A stretch of 64,000 nt of DNA from an uncultured Actinomycetes bacterium. Its GTDB lineage: Bacteria; Actinomycetota; Thermoleophilia; Solirubrobacterales; Solirubrobacteraceae. Shown in pieces: positions 18,001 to 28,404 of this stretch. The DNA is taken from assembly GCA_963746165.1 (NCBI GenBank), contig CAVVAG010000022.1:38822-102821 (forward strand), written 5' to 3'. The notes below the pieces were generated by a model that saw only the letters and a list, made by a program, of their open reading frames with translations, had not been told where the DNA came from and ran no database searches. A program made the position numbers and the translations under genes. The first letter of the stretch is position 1. The number at the start of each line of letters is the position of its first letter.

Positions 18001-19550
18001 CACGCCGCCGCCTCTGCGCCGGCGCGGACGGCGGTCTCGTGGCGCAGGGTGTAGGCCTTCGTGTTGAAGCGCCGCGTGCGGTGGCGGAAGCGGAACGTGT
18101 AGTCGGGCCACAGCGTCACGTTCTTGCCGTCGGCGTCGAGGTACCAGCTCGAGCAGCCCGACATCCAGACGGTGCCCGGCAGCTTGGCCTGGAGCATGGC
18201 GTTGTAGGACGCCATCACGTCGGGGCGCACCTCGAACTCGCAGACGTCCTGCTCGTCCATGACCCGCAGCGCATCCATGACGTAGTTGATGTGCGACTCG
18301 ATCATGTAGACCATCGAGTTGTGCCCGAGGCCCGTGTTCGGGCCGATGAGCTTGAAGTAGTTGGGCAGGCCCTCGACGGTCGTGCCGAGATACGCCTGGA
18401 TCCCGGCCTGCATCCGCTCCGAGAGCGTGCCGCCGTCGCGGCCGCGGACGAGGCGCGCCGAGGGCGGGTCGGTGACGTGAAAGCCCGTGCCGAAGATGAT
18501 GGTGTCGACCTCGCGGGTGCTGCCGTCGGCGAGGTGGATCGTGTTGCCGCGAACCGCCTCGATGCCCTCGGTGACGAGCTCGACGTCGTCGCGCGTCAGC
18601 GCCGGGTACCACGAGTTCGACATCAGCACGCGCTTGCAGCCGAGGCGGAACTGCGGGGTCAGCTTGCGCCGCAGCTCCGGGTCCTTGACCTGCTTGCGCA
18701 GGTGCGCCGCCGCGATCTTCTCGCCGCCGCTCATCAGCTTCGGGTTCTTGATGAAGCCGAGCGCATAGCTCTCGCGGGTCAGGTAGACGGCGCTGCGCAC
18801 GGCCTTCTGCAGGAAGGGAAACGTCTTGTACAGGCGCCGTTCGAGGCGCGTGGTCGGACGGTCGGTGTGGGGCATGATCCACGGCGCCGTGCGCTGGAAG
18901 ACGTGCATCTGGCCGACCGTGTCGGCGATCTGCGGGACGAACTGGATCGCCGAGGCGCCCGTGCCGATGACCGCGACGCGCTCGCCGGCGAGGTCGTGGT
19001 CGTGGTCCCACTGGGCTGAGTGGAACATCGTGCCCTTGAAGCTGCCGATGCCCCTGATGCGCGGCACCGCGGGGTAGCTCAGCGGCCCCGTCGCGTCGAT
19101 CAGCAGCTGTGCCGTCCAGGCGCCACGGGATGTCTCGACGCTCCAGCGCCGCCGGTCGTTGTCCCACGCCGCGCCGGTGAGGTCATGGCCGAAGCGGATG
19201 TGCGGGTACAGGTCGTGCTCGGCGGTCAGGTCGCGCAGGTACTGCCAGATCTCCGGCTGGCGCGAGTAGGTCCGCGTCCAGGTCGGGTTCGGCGCGAAGG
19301 AGAACGAGTACAGGTGCGACGGGACGTCGCACTGGCAGCCGGGATAGGTGTTCGCCTGCCACGTGCCGCCGACGTCGTCGGCGCGCTCGATGAGCACGAA
19401 GTCCTCGATGCCCTGCTGCTTGAGGCGGATCGCGAGGCCAAGGCCGGCGAAGCCGGTGCCGACGATCGCGAGGCGCACGTGCGGGACGCTACCGCCGGCG
19501 GCGTCCGCGGGGGTGGGCCCCCCGTCGGTCGGGGCCTCGAGGATGCTCAT
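18000..19550 (-). CDS. flavin-dependent Baeyer-Villiger monooxygenase (EthA-like)
   Basis: GTGFAG, BVMO fingerprint FKGTMFHSAQWD and GTGASA. ATGA overlap with the upstream gene. Confidence 0.85.
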   Translation of the reverse strand: MSILEAPTDGGPTPADAAGGSVPHVRLAIVGTGFAGLGLAIRLKQQGIEDFVLIERADDVGGTWQANTYPGCQCDVPSHLYSFSFAPNPTWTRTYSRQPEIWQYLRDLTAEHDLYPHIRFGHDLTGAAWDNDRRRWSVETSRGAWTAQLLIDATGPLSYPAVPRIRGIGSFKGTMFHSAQWDHDHDLAGERVAVIGTGASAIQFVPQIADTVGQMHVFQRTAPWIMPHTDRPTTRLERRLYKTFPFLQKAVRSAVYLTRESYALGFIKNPKLMSGGEKIAAAHLRKQVKDPELRRKLTPQFRLGCKRVLMSNSWYPALTRDDVELVTEGIEAVRGNTIHLADGSTREVDTIIFGTGFHVTDPPSARLVRGRDGGTLSERMQAGIQAYLGTTVEGLPNYFKLIGPNTGLGHNSMVYMIESHINYVMDALRVMDEQDVCEFEVRPDVMASYNAMLQAKLPGTVWMSGCSSWYLDADGKNVTLWPDYTFRFRHRTRRFNTKAYTLRHETAVRAGAEAAA

Positions 19551-21574
19551 CGCTCGGCACCGGAGCCTGCGGTCTCGCGACCCTCACCGGCCTGCTGCGG
19601 TCGCGCCCACTCCGGCAGCTCCTCGTGGATGTCGGAGCCGTTGGCGTTGGACCCGTTGGCGGCGGCGTACGCGGGCTGCCGGGCGCGGTTGCGGTCGCTC
19701 GCGTGGGGGTCCAGGGCGAACTCGCCCTGCTGCCACTCGGGCAGGCTGCCCTCGCGCCTGCGTCCGGCGGTCGTGCCGACCCGGTGCAGGCCCCAGGCGA
19801 GCATCGCCAGCAGGCCGAGCGCCAACACGAGCACGGTGCCGTACGCGGCGTTCGTGATCCCGTCGCCCTGCGGCTTGAGCTCGCGCTGCAGCAGCTGGCG
19901 GTCGGAGTAGAAGTCGCGGGTGAAGCTCGCGGGCGCCGCGACGCGCGGGGCGGGGATCGCCCGGTCCTCCGGCGCGTAGATCGGCATGCCGGCGATCGAG
20001 TTGCCGGTGTGCAGCCGGACCATCGTCTTCCACTCGCCGTAGACGGGCACCGGCTGCGTCGAGCGATAGACGCCCTGCGAGACGCGCTCGAGGCGGTCGG
20101 CGATGAGCCGGCCGTCGCCCTGCCACGAGGTGATCGTCAGCCAGTTGGCCTTGTCGGCCGCGTCGCGCGGGGTCAGCGTGACCGTTGCGTTGACGGTGCG
20201 CTCGGGCCCGCCCTGCACGTTCGTCAGCGCGACCGAGCCCCGAACGTCGCTGTCGGCCTGCGTGTTCAGCGGGAGTGCGAGCATCACGAAGACCGCGACG
20301 GCGGCCCCGACCGCGGGCCAGCGCAGGTGCTTCGTCTCCTCGTACGGCAGGTCGTCCGCGGACAGGCGCGCACCGATCCAGGCGCCGAGGACCGATGCGG
20401 CGAGGGCCATCCCGAGGCCCAGCGCGATCGTCTCGGGCAGGATCTCGACCGACCAGGGCAGCGGCATCCAGACGTGCGACCAGCCCCACTCGGCGGCCAG
20501 GCCGACGGTGCCGATCAGCGCGCCGGCCGTGAGGCCGAAGGCGAGCGGGCGCCGCGTGGACACGATGAGCGCCGCGGCCTCGACGCAGAGCGCCTCGGCG
20601 ATGTAGAGGGGGAAGTGCGCCAGCGACTCGCCGAGCGCGTTGTGCACGATGACGACGTCGAGCAGGAAGCGGGCGATGAGGAAGAAGCCGATCGCCCCGA
20701 ACATGCCGCCGCGCCCGATCCAGATGCGCGTCATGACGAGCGTCAGCCCGGCGGCGAGCATGATCAGCATCGGGTGGAAGATCATCTGAAATTGCGGGAC
20801 GCCCCAGTCGAACTCGCCCTGGAAGGTCGACATGCCGACGAGCAGGCCGCCCGGCAGCCAGACGACGCGCAGATGGCGCACCCAGGCGAGCTCCTTGTGC
20901 ATCACGCCGGCGGTCTTCATCGCCCGGACGACCTCGGCCTGGATGATCGCGATCGCCACGAGCGTCATGACGGCGCCGCCGATGAGCATGAGGTGCGTCG
21001 GGCCCCAGAGCGTCACGTCCTGACCGAAGAGGCGGTGCCAGAAGTCGTCGAGCGGGAACGCGATGAGCGAGAAGAGCCCGCAGACCATCATCATGATGCC
21101 GCCCAGCGGGGCGTACCAGTCGCGCGAGATACGGACCGCGGTCGGGCCGGGGCGGTCGGCGCGCTCCTCGCGCCCGAGGCAGATCGCGAAGAAGCCGGCG
21201 GCGAAGATGCCGTACAGGCCCCCGAGGATGAAGAAGTGGCTCGGGTTGCTGAACACGCCCTCGTCGCGGCCCTTGTCGATGTGCAGCGAGACGTCCCAGT
21301 ACAGCCCGAACAGGGCGGTGATGAGGGAGATGATCGCCAGACCGCATGGCAGTGAAGCCCACGCGGGCTGACCGGAGACCCTCTCCGAGAACCGTTCGAA
21401 CCAGCCGAGCGTGGGGATCAGGTCCCCGCGGTGGCCGAGGCCGCCCATGAGCATGAAGATCAGCGCAAATCCGCCCATGGCCCCGGCGAGACCGAGGTCT
21501 GCGGCCGATGCGCCGCCGGCGTTGTTCTCCAGTGATGCGGCGAGGATCGTGGCGGTGCTGTCGAAGGCGCTCAT
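19547..21574 (-). CDS. large polytopic membrane protein with an extracytoplasmic C-terminal domain (function unknown)
   Basis: 675 aa from the ATG at 21574, with at least 10 hydrophobic helices. Conserved-looking His motifs WDVSLHID, DDFWHRLFG and GPTHL. Late soluble domain plus a final TM helix. Confidence 0.7.
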   Translation of the reverse strand: MSAFDSTATILAASLENNAGGASAADLGLAGAMGGFALIFMLMGGLGHRGDLIPTLGWFERFSERVSGQPAWASLPCGLAIISLITALFGLYWDVSLHIDKGRDEGVFSNPSHFFILGGLYGIFAAGFFAICLGREERADRPGPTAVRISRDWYAPLGGIMMMVCGLFSLIAFPLDDFWHRLFGQDVTLWGPTHLMLIGGAVMTLVAIAIIQAEVVRAMKTAGVMHKELAWVRHLRVVWLPGGLLVGMSTFQGEFDWGVPQFQMIFHPMLIMLAAGLTLVMTRIWIGRGGMFGAIGFFLIARFLLDVVIVHNALGESLAHFPLYIAEALCVEAAALIVSTRRPLAFGLTAGALIGTVGLAAEWGWSHVWMPLPWSVEILPETIALGLGMALAASVLGAWIGARLSADDLPYEETKHLRWPAVGAAVAVFVMLALPLNTQADSDVRGSVALTNVQGGPERTVNATVTLTPRDAADKANWLTITSWQGDGRLIADRLERVSQGVYRSTQPVPVYGEWKTMVRLHTGNSIAGMPIYAPEDRAIPAPRVAAPASFTRDFYSDRQLLQRELKPQGDGITNAAYGTVLVLALGLLAMLAWGLHRVGTTAGRRREGSLPEWQQGEFALDPHASDRNRARQPAYAAANGSNANGSDIHEELPEWARPQQAGEGRETAGSGAER

Positions 21575-21580
21575 GACGCC

Positions 21581-21611
21581 ACCGTAGCATGTAACGTCAG
21601 TTGATGTCCAA
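21581..21611 (-). promoter_or_regulatory. candidate promoter giving a leaderless transcript of the membrane protein-BVMO-SDR-LOG operon
   Basis: On the minus strand: TTGGAC-19 nt-TACGGT-6 nt-ATG. Confidence 0.3.
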
Positions 21612-21629
21612 TAGGCGAACCGCCCACGG

Positions 21630-21857
21630 CTACCGGTTTTCGTCGCCTCCGGCGGCACGCGGGTTGCCGGTCGCCTGGCCGGCGTCGCCGTCGCGGCGCG
21701 AGCTCGTCTGCGGGGCGTCCCCGCCGTCGGTCACGTCGTCCTCGGGATGGTCGCGCGCGTCGATCCCGGCGCCGGCCGGCTGCTCCTCGGGATAGCCCTG
21801 GCCGGTGGTGGTCGCGCCCTCGGGCACGTCGTGCTCTTCCTGCTCGTCGATGGTCAC
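21630..21857 (-). CDS. possible small acidic hydrophilic protein
   Basis: High GC3. VTIDEQEEHDVPEGATTTGQGYPEEQPAGAGIDARDHPEDDVTDGGD.... Start uncertain; the frame stays open upstream to about 22046. Confidence 0.3.
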   Translation of the reverse strand: MTIDEQEEHDVPEGATTTGQGYPEEQPAGAGIDARDHPEDDVTDGGDAPQTSSRRDGDAGQATGNPRAAGGDENR

Positions 21858-22171
21858 GCGGGGCTTGTACCCGCTCGCGCCCGCGTACCCGTCACGGCTG
21901 TGCGCCCCGCTTCTGCCCGCTGCTTCGCGGTTCGTGGCGCTGTCGGCGAACGGCAGCTTCGAGGATGTGAGCTCCTGCGTGTCGCGGCGCGCGGTCCGGG
22001 GCCGGCGTGGCGCTGTCGGTCTGTTCGCGTCACGCTCCCCGCCCACGCCGGCGAACCGCCGACGCCGCCACCCGCACCAACCCAATCCCTCAAAGATGCA
22101 GTTCCCCCCGGCCGCACCGCCTCCGCCGAGCACCGTCAAACGAGGGACCGAACGCAGCGAACGAGCGAAGC

Positions 22172-22218
22172 GAGCTACAGAAGCGAGCAAGGCGAGAGCT
22201 ACAGAAGAGCTACAGCAA
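22172..22218. repeat. three direct copies of GAGCTACAG(A/C)A immediately downstream of, and overlapping, the nuoN stop
   Basis: GAGCTACAGAAG at 22172 and 22196, AGCTACAGCAA at 22208, in a locally lower-GC GCGA-rich patch. Confidence 0.5.
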
Positions 22219-23772
22219 CCCCAGCGCCGCACCCACGTCGCGCACCGCATCGAACAGCGGCGTCGGGAAGATCCCCAGCAGCACCGTCAGCACCCCGAAC
22301 ACCACGCCGACGAACACGACCTCGCCCGAGGCCCGCAGGCTCGTCGCCTCGTCCGACCCGCCCGCCAGCGCCGGCTGATCGCCCCCCGCCAGCGGCGCCG
22401 CCGACGCGGCGGCCAACGCGTCCTCGTCCGCCGAAGGCGTCATCCAGATCGCGGCGATGACCTTGAGGTAGTACGCCAGCGAGATCATCGAGCCGACGAC
22501 GATGAAGACCGCGAGCCACGTGTAGTCGCCCGCCACGGTCGCGTCGATCAGATAGAACTTCCCGATGAACCCGGCGGTGGCGGGGAACCCCGCCAGGGCG
22601 AGCATCGCGATCGTCATCGGCCAGGCCAGCAGCGGCCGCGTCGCGCCGATGCCGTTCAGCGAGGCGATGTCGTCGCCGAGCGGCGTCTCGCGCTCGCGCG
22701 CGACGATCACGGCGAACGCCGCGAGGTTCATCACGAGATATACGGCGATGTAGAAGACCGTCGCCTGCAGCCCGAGCCGCGACGCGACCACGACGCCCGC
22801 GAGCATGTAGCCGGCCTGCGCCACCGACGAGTAGGCCAGCAGCCGCTTCAGCGACGTCTGGCCGAGCGCGCCGACGTTGCCGACGACGATCGTGATCGCC
22901 GCGAGCACCGCGAGCGGCGGGGCCCAGTCGATCGCCGCGTCGATGAGGGCGACGTCGAACAGACGCAGCATGACGCCGAACGCCGCGGCCTTGGTGGCCA
23001 CCGCCATGAACGCCGTGATCGGCGTGGGAGCACCCTCGTAGACGTCGGGCGTCCATTGATGAAACGGCGCCACGGAGCCCTTGAACGCCAGGCCCACGAT
23101 CGTCAGCGCTATGCCGGTCAGCAGGAGCGGGTCGGTGACGATGCCGCCGTCGCCCGCGAGGACCTTGGCGATGCCGGAGAAGTCCGTCGAGCCGGTCGCG
23201 CCGTACAGGAACGCCAACCCGTAGAGCAGCGTCGCCGAGCCGACGGATCCGATGACGAGGTACTTCAGCCCGGACTCCAGCGACGACGCGCGCCGCATCT
23301 CGGTCGCGCAGAGGACGTAGAGCGGGATCGACAGCAGCTCGAGGCCGAGGAAGACCGAGACGAGGTTCTGCGCGGCGACGAGCACGATCATGCCGGCGAT
23401 CGACGTCAGCAGGAGCGCGTGGTACTCGCCGTGCGCGGCCTCGCGTGGCGCCACGTGGCGCCACGACAACAGCACGGTCGCGATGCCCGCGACGCAGAAG
23501 AGGATCGTCAGGATCAGCGTCAGCTCGTCCAGGCGCAGCGCGCCGGCGATGAGGTCCTCGCGCTCACCCCACTGCCACGCGCTGAAGCCGATGGCGAGCC
23601 CCAGCGAGAGGATCGACAGCGCCGGCACCGCGGCCTCGCGCGCCAGCCGCGAGCGCGACAGCCCGAGCAGCAGCACCACGAGCGCCCCGCCGAACACCGC
23701 GATCAGCGGCGACAGGCCGGCCCAGTCGACGTGCGGCCCGGCGACCTTCTCGGCGGCGGCGATCGAGATCAC
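22210..23772 (-). CDS. nuoN: NADH-quinone oxidoreductase subunit N
   Basis: 520-aa polytopic antiporter-like subunit. Last gene of the nuo order. GTGA overlap with nuoM. Confidence 0.9.
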   Translation of the reverse strand: MISIAAAEKVAGPHVDWAGLSPLIAVFGGALVVLLLGLSRSRLAREAAVPALSILSLGLAIGFSAWQWGEREDLIAGALRLDELTLILTILFCVAGIATVLLSWRHVAPREAAHGEYHALLLTSIAGMIVLVAAQNLVSVFLGLELLSIPLYVLCATEMRRASSLESGLKYLVIGSVGSATLLYGLAFLYGATGSTDFSGIAKVLAGDGGIVTDPLLLTGIALTIVGLAFKGSVAPFHQWTPDVYEGAPTPITAFMAVATKAAAFGVMLRLFDVALIDAAIDWAPPLAVLAAITIVVGNVGALGQTSLKRLLAYSSVAQAGYMLAGVVVASRLGLQATVFYIAVYLVMNLAAFAVIVARERETPLGDDIASLNGIGATRPLLAWPMTIAMLALAGFPATAGFIGKFYLIDATVAGDYTWLAVFIVVGSMISLAYYLKVIAAIWMTPSADEDALAAASAAPLAGGDQPALAGGSDEATSLRASGEVVFVGVVFGVLTVLLGIFPTPLFDAVRDVGAALGLL

Positions 23773-25292
23773 GGGGTCTTCTCCAGCGGCGCGTAGCGCG
23801 TCCAGCCGTCAGACGGGAGCTCGGCCACGGCGGGCGACGGCGACGTGACCGACGTCACCGTCCTCTCGCTGCGCTCCAGCGCGAACTGCGGGTACAGCGC
23901 GATCGCGAGGATCAGGAGCACGAGCGGCACGAGCACGAGGCCCTCGCGCAGCGTGATCTCGCGCGACTCGACCCGCGGGCCGGTGCGGTTGTGCACCGAC
24001 CCGATGTACAGGCGCAGCGCGTACACCGCCGCCAGCACGACGCCGGTGCTCGCCACGAACGCGATCACCATCTTCTCGTCGAACACGCCGAGCAGGATGT
24101 AGAACTCCGCGACGAAGTTCGCCGAGCCGGGCATCGCCAGCGTCGCGAACGCGACGATCAGAAACAGCGCGGCGAGCACGGGCGCGCGCATGCTGATACC
24201 GCCCATGTCGCGCAGATCCTGCGAGCCGCCCGCCCGCGCCGCGAGGAGCGCGACGATGAAGAACGCCGGCGCGACGACGAGCCCGTGGTTGAGGGCCTGC
24301 AGCAGCGCGCCCTGCGCGCCCTGGTCGTTGAGCGCGAAGATCCCGAGCGTGATGAAGCCGAGCTGCGCGACCGACGAGTAGCCGAGGATCAGGCGCGTCT
24401 CGGTCGTGGTGAAGGCCATCGCCGAGCCGTAGAGGATCGACGCCAGCGCGATGCACAGCAGCAGCATCTGGAAGTTCTGCACGGCGTCGGGGAACAGCGG
24501 CAGGCAGACCTTCAGGAAGCCGTAGGCGGCGACCTTGCTCAGCACGCCGGAGAACAGCGCGAGCACCGGCAGCGGCATCGAGCGATAGCCGTCGGGCATC
24601 CACCCGTGCAGCGGGAAGGCCGGCATCTTCACCAGGAACGCGGCGGCGAAGAAGAGGAAGATCCAGTTCTGCGAGGACTCGGCCAGCGGGCGCTCGGCGA
24701 GATCGCTGAAGGCGAACGACAGCTCGGGGGGGCCGGCCGCGGCGAGCACGCCGGTGGCGATCGCCGCGGTCAGCATCAGCAGCGAGCCGACGAGCGTGTA
24801 GATGACGAGCTTCATCGTCGCCTGTACGCGGCGTCCCTCGCCCCACTGGCCGGTGAGGAAGAAGAACGGCACGAGCATGAGGTCGAAGAAGACGACGAAG
24901 AGCGCGAGGTCCTGGGCGAGCAGCGCGCCGAGCACCGCCGTCTCGGCGAGCATCAGGTGGAAGTAGAAGAGCCGTGGGCGCTCCCAATCGCGCAGGTTCG
25001 CCCACAGGGTGCAGGAGAACCAGAGGATCGCCGTCAGCGCGACGAGCAGGAGGTTCAGCCCGTCGAGGCCGAGCTTGTAGGAGATCCCGAGCTCTTCGAT
25101 CCAGGTGTCGTCGGTGACGTACTGCAGGCCCGGCGCGCCGGACTCGAAGTCGACGATCAGCAGGACCGCGTAGGCGAGCACGAGCGCCGTCCCCAGCAGC
25201 GCGACGCGTCCCGCCAGCTTCGGCGGCGCGAGCAGGCCCAGCACGCCGAGCGCCAGCGGCAGGAAGAGGACGATCGACAGGTGGACGGTCAT
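23769..25292 (-). CDS. nuoM: NADH-quinone oxidoreductase subunit M
   Basis: 507 aa from the ATG at 25292. KMPAFPLHGWMPDGY motif. ATGA overlap with nuoL. Confidence 0.92.
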   Translation of the reverse strand: MTVHLSIVLFLPLALGVLGLLAPPKLAGRVALLGTALVLAYAVLLIVDFESGAPGLQYVTDDTWIEELGISYKLGLDGLNLLLVALTAILWFSCTLWANLRDWERPRLFYFHLMLAETAVLGALLAQDLALFVVFFDLMLVPFFFLTGQWGEGRRVQATMKLVIYTLVGSLLMLTAAIATGVLAAAGPPELSFAFSDLAERPLAESSQNWIFLFFAAAFLVKMPAFPLHGWMPDGYRSMPLPVLALFSGVLSKVAAYGFLKVCLPLFPDAVQNFQMLLLCIALASILYGSAMAFTTTETRLILGYSSVAQLGFITLGIFALNDQGAQGALLQALNHGLVVAPAFFIVALLAARAGGSQDLRDMGGISMRAPVLAALFLIVAFATLAMPGSANFVAEFYILLGVFDEKMVIAFVASTGVVLAAVYALRLYIGSVHNRTGPRVESREITLREGLVLVPLVLLILAIALYPQFALERSERTVTSVTSPSPAVAELPSDGWTRYAPLEKTP

Positions 25293-27301
25293 GCGTTCAT
25301 GAGGAAGTAGAAGGCGAGCACGACCATCCCGACGACGAGCAGCAGCGCGTAGTAGCGCAGGAAGCCCGTCTGGGCGGCGCGCACCGCCGACGAGCCGGCG
25401 CGCACGACGCCGGTGGTGCCGCCGACGAGCAGGCCGTTGACGAAGACCCGCTCGAAGGTCTGCTGCGACCAGGCGCCGAACCAGCGCGCGGGCCGCACGA
25501 CGAGCGCGTCGATGAGCTCGTCGAAGTACCACTTGTTGACGAACAGCGTGTGCAGCGGCTTGAGGCGCTCGCGCGCGGTCACGGCGATCTGCGGATTCTT
25601 GACCCAGATGAAGTAGGCGATCGCGATGCCGGCGAGGCCGACGGCGGCGCCCAGCAGCATCCCGAACGTGATCATCGAGTCGCTCGGGTGGCGCTCGAAC
25701 AGCGTCGAGTCGGCGAACGTCGGCTCGAGGAAGTGGTCGATGACGTGCGTGACCTTGGGGATCTGCAGGAGGCCGCCGACGATCGCCAGCAGCGCGAGCG
25801 CGCCCATCGCCATCTTCATCGTCGGCTCGCGCTCGGCGATGTGATGCTCCGGCCCCGGGAAGCCGACGTCGGTGTCCTCGACCTCGCCGTCGGCGGGGTT
25901 CGTATGGACCTCGGCGTGGTGCAGGTGGCCCTCCTCGAGCTCGCGCGCCTCGGGCACCGGCTCGCCGAAGAACGCGCGGAAGATCATCCGGAACGTGTAG
26001 ATCCCGGTCAGGAACGCGCCGACGTAGCCCGCGACGTAGAGACCCCAGTACCAGCCGCCGCGATCGCCGATCAGCAGCAGGATCTCGTCCTTGGAGAAGA
26101 AGCCCGAGAACGGCGGGATCCCCGACAGCGCCAGGCCGCCGATGACCATGCAGCCGAACGTGAACGGCATCGCCTTGCGGAAGCCGCCCATCCTGTCGAG
26201 GTTCTGCTGGCCGGCCATCGCCGCGATCACCGAGCCGGCCGCCATGAAGAGCAGCGCCTTGAAGAAGGCGTGCGTCATGAGGTGGAACATGCCCGCGACG
26301 TAGGCCCCGGCGCTGACGGCCATGATCATGTAGCCGATCTGGGACATCGTCGAGTAGGCGATGACGCGCTTGAGGTCGGTCTGGGTGATCGCGATCGTGC
26401 CGGCCACCAGCAGCGTCAGGCAGCCGATGACCGCGCCCACGTCGGCGGCGGTCGGGGCCAGCTCGAAGAGCGGGTGCATGCGCGCGATGAGATACACGCC
26501 CGCCGTGACCATCGTCGCGGCGTGGATCAGCGCGCTGACGGGGGTCGGGCCCTCCATGGCGTCGGGCAGCCACGTGTGCAGCGGGATCTGCGCGGACTTC
26601 GCGAACGCGCCGACGAGCAGCAGGATGCAGCCCGCGGTGAGGTCGGCGTCGCCGGGATCGAACACCTCGTGGGCCTTCTCGAACGTGCCGAGGAAGTCCA
26701 GCGTGCCGACGTGCCTGAAGATGAAGAACGTGCCCAACACCAGGCCGACGTCGCCGAGCACGTTGATGACGAACGCCTTGATGCCCGCGCGCGTGGCGGT
26801 CCCGCGCCGGTACCAGAAGCTGATGAGCATGTACGAGGCGGCGCCGACGAAGGCCCACCCCACGATCAGCAGGATGAAGTTGCCCGCCAGGACGAGCAGC
26901 AGCATCGAGAAGACGAAGAAGTTCAGGTACGCGAAGAAGCGCACGTAGCCGGCGTCCGAGGCGATGTAGCTGATCGAGTAGAGGTGGATCAGCGTCGAGA
27001 CTCCCGATACCACGAGGATCATGAAGACCGAGAGCGGGTCGACCAGCAGGGAGAGCTGGGCGTCGACGCCGGCCGAGGCCGCGTAGTCCCACGCGACCGC
27101 GACGACCTGGCGGTGCTCGTGGTCCTGGCCCTGCAGGGCGACGAGCGTGGCGACCGCCGAGGCGAACGACAGCGCGAGGGCGGCGGTGCCGAGCCAGCCG
27201 GCGCCGCGGCCGGGCAGCCGGCGCCCGACGAGGGCCACCGCGATGCAGCCCGCGAGCGGGAACAGCAGCGTGCACCAGGCGAAGAGCTTGACCGAGCTCA
27301 C
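25289..27301 (-). CDS. nuoL: NADH-quinone oxidoreductase subunit L
   Basis: 670 aa. [31 protein letters not shown]. Confidence 0.95.
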   Translation of the reverse strand: MSSVKLFAWCTLLFPLAGCIAVALVGRRLPGRGAGWLGTAALALSFASAVATLVALQGQDHEHRQVVAVAWDYAASAGVDAQLSLLVDPLSVFMILVVSGVSTLIHLYSISYIASDAGYVRFFAYLNFFVFSMLLLVLAGNFILLIVGWAFVGAASYMLISFWYRRGTATRAGIKAFVINVLGDVGLVLGTFFIFRHVGTLDFLGTFEKAHEVFDPGDADLTAGCILLLVGAFAKSAQIPLHTWLPDAMEGPTPVSALIHAATMVTAGVYLIARMHPLFELAPTAADVGAVIGCLTLLVAGTIAITQTDLKRVIAYSTMSQIGYMIMAVSAGAYVAGMFHLMTHAFFKALLFMAAGSVIAAMAGQQNLDRMGGFRKAMPFTFGCMVIGGLALSGIPPFSGFFSKDEILLLIGDRGGWYWGLYVAGYVGAFLTGIYTFRMIFRAFFGEPVPEARELEEGHLHHAEVHTNPADGEVEDTDVGFPGPEHHIAEREPTMKMAMGALALLAIVGGLLQIPKVTHVIDHFLEPTFADSTLFERHPSDSMITFGMLLGAAVGLAGIAIAYFIWVKNPQIAVTARERLKPLHTLFVNKWYFDELIDALVVRPARWFGAWSQQTFERVFVNGLLVGGTTGVVRAGSSAVRAAQTGFLRYYALLLVVGMVVLAFYFLMNA

Positions 27302-27597
27302 CCCTGCAGCTCCTGCATCTCGTCGACGTCGATCGGCAGCCGGCGGCGGTGCATCGCGACGATCACGCCGAGGCCGACCGTGACCTCGCAGGCCGCGACG
27401 ACCATGACGACGATCGCGAAGATCTGGCCGTCGTGGTTGCCGTGCATCCGCGCGAACGCGATCAGCGCGAGGTTGGCCGCGTTGAGCATGAGCTCGAGGC
27501 AGAGCAGGACGACGAGCGGGCTGCGGCGCGTCAGCACGCCGGCGGCGCCGATCGTGAAGATCAATGCCGAGACGGCGAGAAACCAGCCGATGTCCAC
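27298..27597 (-). CDS. nuoK: NADH-quinone oxidoreductase subunit K
   Basis: 99 aa with 3 TM helices. [10 protein letters not shown] and [13 protein letters not shown]. Confidence 0.95.
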   Translation of the reverse strand: MDIGWFLAVSALIFTIGAAGVLTRRSPLVVLLCLELMLNAANLALIAFARMHGNHDGQIFAIVVMVVAACEVTVGLGVIVAMHRRRLPIDVDEMQELQG

Positions 27598-27598
27598 G

Positions 27599-28330
27599 CT
27601 AGCTCTCGTCCTCGGGCGGGCCGGCCGTCGGCGGCGCGGGCTGCTCGGCGCGCTCGGCGGTCGCCGCCGCGGCGACCTCGCGACCCGGTGCGGCGTCGAT
27701 GCCCGACGCGGCCGGCTTGGGCAGCGCGTGCGGCCCGCCGACGGCCTCGGCCATCGTGCCGGTGTAGGAGGAGCGCAGGACGTCCATGGCGCTGTACTGC
27801 GCCTGCTCCTCAGCGGCGCTCAAGCCGCCACGGCGGCGCGCGAGCACGACCGCGCCGACGGCGGCGATCAGCAGCAGGAAGGAGGCGACCTCGAAGGGCA
27901 GCAGGAACTTCGTCAGCAGCAGCTCGCCGATCTCCGCGGGGGAGCCGAAGCTCGGCTGCACGACCGCGCCGCCGGTGTCGATCAGCGACAGGCCCGAGCC
28001 GAGCGTCGCGACGCACAGCTCGACGAACAGGACGGCGCCGAAGAGGGCGGAGGTGAGCTTCAGCCCGCGGCCGGCGCGCGGGCCGAGCGGCTCGTCCTGG
28101 CCACCGATGTAGGCGACGACGAAGACGTAGAGGACCATGACCGCTCCGGCATACACCACGACCTGCGCCGCGGCGACGAACTCCGCGCGGAGCAGCAGGA
28201 ACAGCGCCGCGAGGCACAGCAGGTGCGAGACGAGCGCCAGCACCGAGTAGAACGGGTTGCGCACGGCCACGACCCCGATCGCCCCCGCCACGGCCCCGAT
28301 CCCGGCCACGAAGAACAGCACCTCTCCCAT
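27599..28330 (-). CDS. nuoJ: NADH-quinone oxidoreductase subunit J, with a C-terminal Ala/Pro-rich extension
   Basis: [33 protein letters not shown] at 28330 is preferred over TTG at 28342. Confidence 0.88.
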   Translation of the reverse strand: MGEVLFFVAGIGAVAGAIGVVAVRNPFYSVLALVSHLLCLAALFLLLRAEFVAAAQVVVYAGAVMVLYVFVVAYIGGQDEPLGPRAGRGLKLTSALFGAVLFVELCVATLGSGLSLIDTGGAVVQPSFGSPAEIGELLLTKFLLPFEVASFLLLIAAVGAVVLARRRGGLSAAEEQAQYSAMDVLRSSYTGTMAEAVGGPHALPKPAASGIDAAPGREVAAAATAERAEQPAPPTAGPPEDES

Positions 28331-28340
28331 GAACCGCTGC

Positions 28341-28346
28341 AATCTA
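28341..28346 (-). promoter_or_regulatory. candidate -10 element (TAGATT) for an independent nuoJKLMN transcript
   Basis: On the minus strand, GGATAGATTGCAGCGGTTCATG, with 10 nt between the hexamer and the nuoJ ATG. Confidence 0.25.
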
Positions 28347-28404
28347 TCCGGCTTGGCGAGATCGGGAGCCCTGCCCCGGGGTGGCGGGCGGCACTTGCGC
28401 TGAC

